Assembly (NCBI GenBank): GCA_963832165.1
Contig: CAWHTE010000001.1
Span: 352,001-416,000, forward strand
Source: an uncultured delta proteobacterium
GTDB lineage: Bacteria; Myxococcota_A; UBA9160; SMWR01
Direction: 5' to 3'
Length of the DNA stretch: 64,000 bases
The notes beneath the pieces were generated by a model. The model was not told the origin of the DNA, ran no database searches, and saw only the letters and a program-made list of their open reading frames with translations. Shown one piece after another: positions 59,249 through 64,000 of this stretch. The translations under genes and the position numbers were made by a program. Within the stretch, counting starts at the first letter, position 1; each line of letters starts with the position of its first letter.

Positions 59249-59280
59249 GCGAGACTAGCATCGGCGTGTAACGTTCCGGC

Positions 59281-59863
59281 ATGAGATCCGCCGTGCCGCT
59301 CTGGCTTCGATCCCTGGCGAGAGTCGTTCGCTCGGCACCTGCGCGGCACGATGCGCGCCACGAGCTCCGCCGGCGCCTGCGAGGTGAGCCGAACCTTCCC
59401 GAAGGTCCGCTGCGCCGGGTACTCGTGTTGTGCCACGGCAACATCTGCCGCAGTCCGTTCGCCGAGGCGCTGATCGCGGCGCGCGCAACTGGGCTCGAGG
59501 TGCGCTCGGCCGGCCTGCACGCTGGCGAGGGCAACCCCGCTGACCCTTCGGCGGTCGCGTGCGCGCAGCGCATGGGGGTTTCGCTCGCGGGGCACCGCTC
59601 AGCCTTGCGTCAGCGCCGAGCAGCTCGCATCGGCGGATCTGATCCTCGTAATGCAGGGCGCTCACGTGGCGGAGATCGAGCGCAACTGGCCGCAGTTTCA
59701 CAGCCGCGTGCGCCTGCTCGGCGACTTCCTCCCGACACCGCCCTACGTGCTGTCCGACCCCTATGGCGAGCCGGACCTGGTGTTCGACCAGGTGTTCATG
59801 CGGCTCCGGACGGCGGTCGAAAATCTCGCGGCGCGGATCCAGGCGCGGCAGTCGGGGAGCTAG
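59281..59863 (+). CDS. Low-molecular-weight protein-tyrosine phosphatase (Wzb-like); +1 frameshift near 59607
   Basis: P-loop CHGNICRS, SAG, HRS, then ADLILVM and DPY in the next frame. Confidence 0.85.
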
Positions 59864-60488
59864 CTTTCGGGCTTCGGTGGGTGCCACCTTCTCCGCGCAG
59901 CTCGGCACTGCGACCGCCGACGATGTAAGCGTCGCCATCGGCGACGCTCGCCACGAGCTCGGCGCGGCGCTCGGGCGTGAGCGCGCTGATGTCGTAGCGC
60001 GCATAGTCGAACGAGGGCCGCTCGGCCAACCGCTGCCGGTGCTTCTCGAGGTACTCGTCGAGCGTGCAGATCACCTTGGCGGGGTTCCCAGCGCAGACCG
60101 TGTCGGGCGGCAGCGAGCGCGACACCACCGAGCCCGCGCCCACGATCGTGCGCGGCCCCATCTCGACGCCGGCCAGGATCACCGAGAGCGCGCCGATGTG
60201 GCAGGACTCGTGGATGATCACCCGGCCGATCCGCGCCGCGTCGAGGTACTCGTCCATCTGGGCGTCGTGCGCGAGGATCATGCAGTTCTCGCCGAAGCCC
60301 GAGTGGTCGCCGATCTGGATCAGGAAGCAATGGCTGGTATCGATCCAGGTCGAGGCCGGCAAGAGCACGTCGTCGCCGATCTGCATTCCGAGCGATCGCA
60401 GGTGCGCCCAGCGCCGCTCGAGGCGCGCGCGCGAGAGACGATCCCTGAGCCGCCGGAGCGGGTTTAGCAACGCCTCGAGCGGACTCAC
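59796..60488 (-). CDS. Hexapeptide-repeat (LbH) acyltransferase
   Basis: GMQIGDD, LIQIGD, ILAHDA, IGALSVILAGV, IVGAGSVV, GNPAKV. Confidence 0.85.
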   Translation of the reverse strand: MSPLEALLNPLRRLRDRLSRARLERRWAHLRSLGMQIGDDVLLPASTWIDTSHCFLIQIGDHSGFGENCMILAHDAQMDEYLDAARIGRVIIHESCHIGALSVILAGVEMGPRTIVGAGSVVSRSLPPDTVCAGNPAKVICTLDEYLEKHRQRLAERPSFDYARYDISALTPERRAELVASVADGDAYIVGGRSAELRGEGGTHRSPKASSPTAAPGSAPRDFRPPSGAA

Positions 60489-61510
60489 TCGTCACGCCGC
60501 ACGAGCGCCTTGAAGCGCTCGAATCCCGTCAGGCACTGCAGGAAGTCCAGCGGATCTTCGGAGTAGCTGAAACGCCGCAGGCGGAACTGCTCGTCGCTGC
60601 CCTTGGCGAAGCGCTGCGCATAGCCGGCATAGCCAACGAATGCCGCCTCGAAGGCGAGCTGGGTGAGCGCAGCCGTCTCGCGCGCGCCGAAGTCAGCGCG
60701 CTGACCGTTCGGGTAGCAGAAGATCGGATCGGGATCGCGCGCTTCCGCCTGGAGTCGTTGCCACGATTCGCGGATCTCGCGCGGCGACTGCTCGTCGCTC
60801 GCGCGCGATAGCACCGGGTGGGTCCGCGTGTGGGGTCCGAATGTCATCCCGGTGCGCTCGGCGGCCCGGAGCTGGTCCCACGTCACCGGGGCATAGGCGG
60901 CGGGTGGGGACGCGGGCAACGCGACTTCGGCCGCTGCCGCGAGGCGATCGATAGCTCGATGCTTCTCCGCATCCGGAACGAGCTTGCAGGCTTCGGTGAA
61001 GCTCCACTGCGCCGCCAACCGGCCGGGCTCGTCGCTCCACTGGCCGGACCATTCGCTCCGATCCAGCGCAACCCGGAGCTCGCTGCGCCGCGTCTGCCGG
61101 AAAACGGTTTCGATCTTGTCCCACCACATCCAGAGCTCGCGGTCGAGGAAGCCCGTACACACGAACGTCGTCACGGGGCAATCGAACTCCGCGAATACGG
61201 GCCCCGCCACCTCGACTTGATCGAAGTAGCCGTCGTCGATCGTGAACGCGACCGCGCGGCGCAGCGAGGCGGTGTCGTTCTGCAAACGATGAACGAGATC
61301 GCGCAGCGAGAGCAGCTGATGACCCTCGCGCCGCAGCCTTTCGAGCGTCGCGCGGAGCTGCTCCGGGTCGTGTCCGGGTACACCCACGTCGGGGACGGCG
61401 AAGCGGTGGAGCATGAACACCGTCGCGCGGTCGCGCAGCAGCGGTGCGAGCGCACGCGCAGCCAGCGGAAGGCGCAAGGCGGACAGCAGCAGCTTTTTCA
61501 TGGTTCCCAT
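60485..61510 (-). CDS. Polysaccharide deacetylase (NodB domain)
   Basis: FMLHRF, FTIDDGY, TTFVCTG, GPHTRTH, FCYPNG. Start 61501 or 61510. Confidence 0.88.
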   Translation of the reverse strand: MGTMKKLLLSALRLPLAARALAPLLRDRATVFMLHRFAVPDVGVPGHDPEQLRATLERLRREGHQLLSLRDLVHRLQNDTASLRRAVAFTIDDGYFDQVEVAGPVFAEFDCPVTTFVCTGFLDRELWMWWDKIETVFRQTRRSELRVALDRSEWSGQWSDEPGRLAAQWSFTEACKLVPDAEKHRAIDRLAAAAEVALPASPPAAYAPVTWDQLRAAERTGMTFGPHTRTHPVLSRASDEQSPREIRESWQRLQAEARDPDPIFCYPNGQRADFGARETAALTQLAFEAAFVGYAGYAQRFAKGSDEQFRLRRFSYSEDPLDFLQCLTGFERFKALVRRDE

Positions 61511-61574
61511 GGAAGTGCCCACGACGTCAGGATCGATGACACGCTAAAGCACGTCGGCTGGCCGTTGCCAGCGC

Positions 61575-62738
61575 TTAACGCAGCGACTTGCGCAGCCGCT
61601 GCGCGATCGCCCCGATGTGCGGACGCACCGCGACGTGGGTCGGCAGCGTGAAGACCCGGCCCGCGAGCGTATCCGCACCGGGGCAGTCGGGCCTTCCCAC
61701 GAGGTGCGGGTGCAACGGCTCGATCCGGGTCAGCGACGTGGGATATAGAGGCGAGGCTCCGAGCGGCCGCAGCGCCTCGAGCGCCGCTTCGCGCGCTGCT
61801 GCGCTCGGCGCCACCACACCCAGACGCGGATGAACCGCGGTGGTGCCCGGCGCAGCCACGAGCGGCCGATAGCTCGTGTCGCTGCGCAGCGCTTCGGCCA
61901 GTTCCTGCGCCACCGCGGTGCGCTCCTGATTGGCCTTGGGAAGGTCCGGTAGCAGTGCCGTCGCGAGGCTCAGTGCGGGCGCGGGGATCGGACCTCGTGC
62001 GAAGTCCGTCTCGTAGACCGTCTCGCCGATGCCGAGCGCGGGAATCCCCGTGAGCAGCCCCAGGAGCGGCGGCCAGCGCGCGGCGTCGTAGGCGAGCGCG
62101 CGCAAAGCCGCGACGATCGGGCTGCCCGCAACGCGCGCGCGCTCGACCGGGGCGGTGCCAGACCACGCGAGCGCTCCACCGCCTAACGCCGAGAGCGGCT
62201 TCGCGCGTCCGAAGCTCAACACGCCGATCTCACCGCGTGCGCCCACGGCGCCCTCGGGCGAGCGCGCCCCGAGCGCTTGCGCCGCATCGTCGATCACCGC
62301 CACGCCGGCTCGCTCGGCGATCGTCCGCACTTCGGCCACGGGCTCGGCGAGGCCGAACAGATTCGCGACCACGACCGCCGCGACCTCTTCGAGCGGGAGC
62401 CGCTCCAGACTCGCCGGATCGAGCCGACCCGATTCGTCGACGTCCACGAGGTGCACCGTGAGCCCCGCGGCGACCGCGGATGCGGGCACGGAAAAGCAGA
62501 CGTACGCGGGCAGTGCGACCTCGGTCCGGCCGCTGCGCTCGGCGAGTACCTGGAACGCGACGCGCATCGCTTCGCGCCCGGAAGCGTGCAGCGTGACGTC
62601 GCGCGTCCCGAGCAGGCTCGCGAGCCCCGCACACAGCTCGCTCTGCGCATCGCCTCCGGAGAACACGCGGCGCAGCGCGCGCAGCGGAATCGCAGAGCCC
62701 CCGGGTGCGGTCCGGCCGAGCGCCCTCGCAGGTCTCAT
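61575..62738 (-). CDS. DegT/DnrJ/EryC1/StrS-like PLP-dependent enzyme
   Basis: SGREA, PAYVC, IDDAAQALG, SFGRAKP (PLP lysine), TLPTH. ATGA overlap. Confidence 0.82.
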   Translation of the reverse strand: MRPARALGRTAPGGSAIPLRALRRVFSGGDAQSELCAGLASLLGTRDVTLHASGREAMRVAFQVLAERSGRTEVALPAYVCFSVPASAVAAGLTVHLVDVDESGRLDPASLERLPLEEVAAVVVANLFGLAEPVAEVRTIAERAGVAVIDDAAQALGARSPEGAVGARGEIGVLSFGRAKPLSALGGGALAWSGTAPVERARVAGSPIVAALRALAYDAARWPPLLGLLTGIPALGIGETVYETDFARGPIPAPALSLATALLPDLPKANQERTAVAQELAEALRSDTSYRPLVAAPGTTAVHPRLGVVAPSAAAREAALEALRPLGASPLYPTSLTRIEPLHPHLVGRPDCPGADTLAGRVFTLPTHVAVRPHIGAIAQRLRKSLR

Positions 62739-63856
62739 CTCCGGGTCGGCTCCCACGTGACCGCCCTGCGGCCGGAGAGATGATAGGCCCAGGCCGCGAG
62801 CATCGATGCGTTCACGAGCATGAAGAAGCCCGCCACGCGCGCGACGAACCAGCGCCGTGCGGGGGCGTACGCGAGCGCGGCGCCGCCGAGCGCGTAGAGC
62901 AGGAGCTGGACCGCGAACAGTGCCGCCGCGGCGGTGCTCGTCTGCGCCGCGAGCCAGCTCGCGGAAAACACCAGCACCAGCGCGAACGGCGAGGTGAAGC
63001 GCGCCACCTTGTGACCCCAGAGCGCAAGCGCAGCGCGGCCGAAGCGCGGGTGCAGCAGCTCCCGGTAGGCGGTCAGCACGGCGATCCCTCGGCGCACCGT
63101 GCGCACCTTGCGGTGCCACTCGACGCGCGGATCGTCCACTGCGCGGAAGCTCGCTCGCGCGCGCGGCTCCGAGACGGCGCGCAAACCCCGTCGCGCCGAC
63201 TCCAATGCGCTGCGAAAGTCGCTCGCGAGATCGCCGGGCCAGGGCGACGCGACGTCGCGACGAACCGCGAAGAACGAGCCCGAGCACCCCACGATCGTGG
63301 CGGCCTCGCTCTCGAGCCGGCGCAGCGCCATCTCGTAGCGCACGTAGGCGCCTTCGCCGCCCTCCATCGCGACGAGGTCTTCGCTGCTGACCGCGCCGAC
63401 CGTCGCATCTGCGAACGGGCGCACGATCCAGCGCAGCGCGTCGGCTTCGATCTCGGCCGTGACGTCCGTGAAGACCAGGATCTCTCCCTTGGCTTCCGAG
63501 ATCGCGCGCGCCTGAGCAGCCTCTTTCCCATTGCGCTCGGGATTGCGCACCAGCTTCACGCCGCGCTCCGCGAACGACGACGCGATCTCGTCGGTCGCGT
63601 CGGTCGAGCCATCCGAGGTGACGATCACTTCACGCGGCCCTGGGTAGGGCAGCGCGAGCGTCTGCTCGAGCTTGCGCGCGAGCGCGCCGGCGCCGTTGTG
63701 AACGGCGATTATCACGGAGAGCGCGGGATAGGCATCGGCTGCCGCGACCGGACGCCGCGCGATCTGGGTCAGCAGCCACAGCAGCACGGGGTAGCCGAGG
63801 TAGGCGAAGCCCAACCAGGCGAGCCCCAGGGCGATGAGGGTCCAGAGAAACGCCAC
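62735..63856 (-). CDS. Membrane-bound GT2 glycosyltransferase
   Basis: YLGYP, VIIAVHN, SDGSTD, GKEAA, FTDV, RKVRT, HKVAR, C-terminal TM segments. Confidence 0.9.
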   Translation of the reverse strand: MAFLWTLIALGLAWLGFAYLGYPVLLWLLTQIARRPVAAADAYPALSVIIAVHNGAGALARKLEQTLALPYPGPREVIVTSDGSTDATDEIASSFAERGVKLVRNPERNGKEAAQARAISEAKGEILVFTDVTAEIEADALRWIVRPFADATVGAVSSEDLVAMEGGEGAYVRYEMALRRLESEAATIVGCSGSFFAVRRDVASPWPGDLASDFRSALESARRGLRAVSEPRARASFRAVDDPRVEWHRKVRTVRRGIAVLTAYRELLHPRFGRAALALWGHKVARFTSPFALVLVFSASWLAAQTSTAAAALFAVQLLLYALGGAALAYAPARRWFVARVAGFFMLVNASMLAAWAYHLSGRRAVTWEPTRR

Positions 63857-64000
63857 GATGCCCTTTCGGCGCGCGCGCGCACCCGGATGAGTGCTCGCTG
63901 CGGGAGTGAAGCTGTTCGCCGATAAGACCTCCAGGGAAGCGCGGAGCTACCCTGGCGGCGAGGTGAGGATGACCGCGGAGAGGCTCGGCACATGGGGTCT

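Noticed and set aside
59796..59863. 68-bp tail-to-tail overlap of the acyltransferase and phosphatase genes as functional
   Set aside because: The extension is low-complexity and a TAG lies in a neighbouring frame at 59860-59862, so another indel is plausible.
1..64000. CRISPR array, rRNA, tRNA, integrase or transposase
   Set aside because: No spaced repeat array, cloverleaf, rRNA-like stretch or recombinase motifs were recognised by eye. Small RNAs could have been missed.
63969..64000. Possible start of a plus-strand gene (AGGTGAGG then ATG)
   Set aside because: Only ten codons are visible, too few to support a call.

Overview
A very GC-rich bacterial window. The gene content suggests a Myxococcota/deltaproteobacterial-type genome (inference). 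The left half (1-27.9 kb) is metabolic. It holds a translationally coupled operon of LLM oxidoreductase, EEP phosphodiesterase, COG0523 GTPase and DUF3516-type helicase, plus a GH38 glycosidase and a Tat-exported GMC dehydrogenase module. It also holds an oxidative lipid/aromatic cluster (Zn-ADH, double hot-dog thioesterase, Rieske oxygenase, SnoaL, P450, crotonases, paired acyl-CoA dehydrogenases), two metallophosphoesterases and gluQ. The right half (28-64 kb) is a large PEP-CTERM/exosortase-type exopolysaccharide locus: BY-kinase, Wzz/GumC, FemAB-like, three NodB deacetylases, Wzy-like, AsnB, WecB, Ugd, RfbF, glycosyltransferases, ATP-grasp, VanZ, LMW-PTP, acyltransferase and DegT-like. Top leads: (1) an exosortase homologue with all three catalytic positions apparently substituted, directly upstream of a PEP-CTERM protein; (2) two secreted proteins ending in a P-x-x-P-x-hydrophobic-hydrophobic-P tail, each preceded by the same TGTGA-N6-TCACC box, one starting with an FN3 domain that seems to lack its first strand (possible strand-donation assembly tag); (3) an SdpAB-like HTTM pair and a membrane-anchored twin Cys/His repeat protein inside the EPS locus; (4) an in-frame mini-hairpin repeat inside the GH38 gene. 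About 11 single-base frameshifts in otherwise intact genes are probably long-read errors. No rRNA, tRNA, CRISPR array or transposase was recognised. All family calls come from reading motifs by eye, not from database searches.
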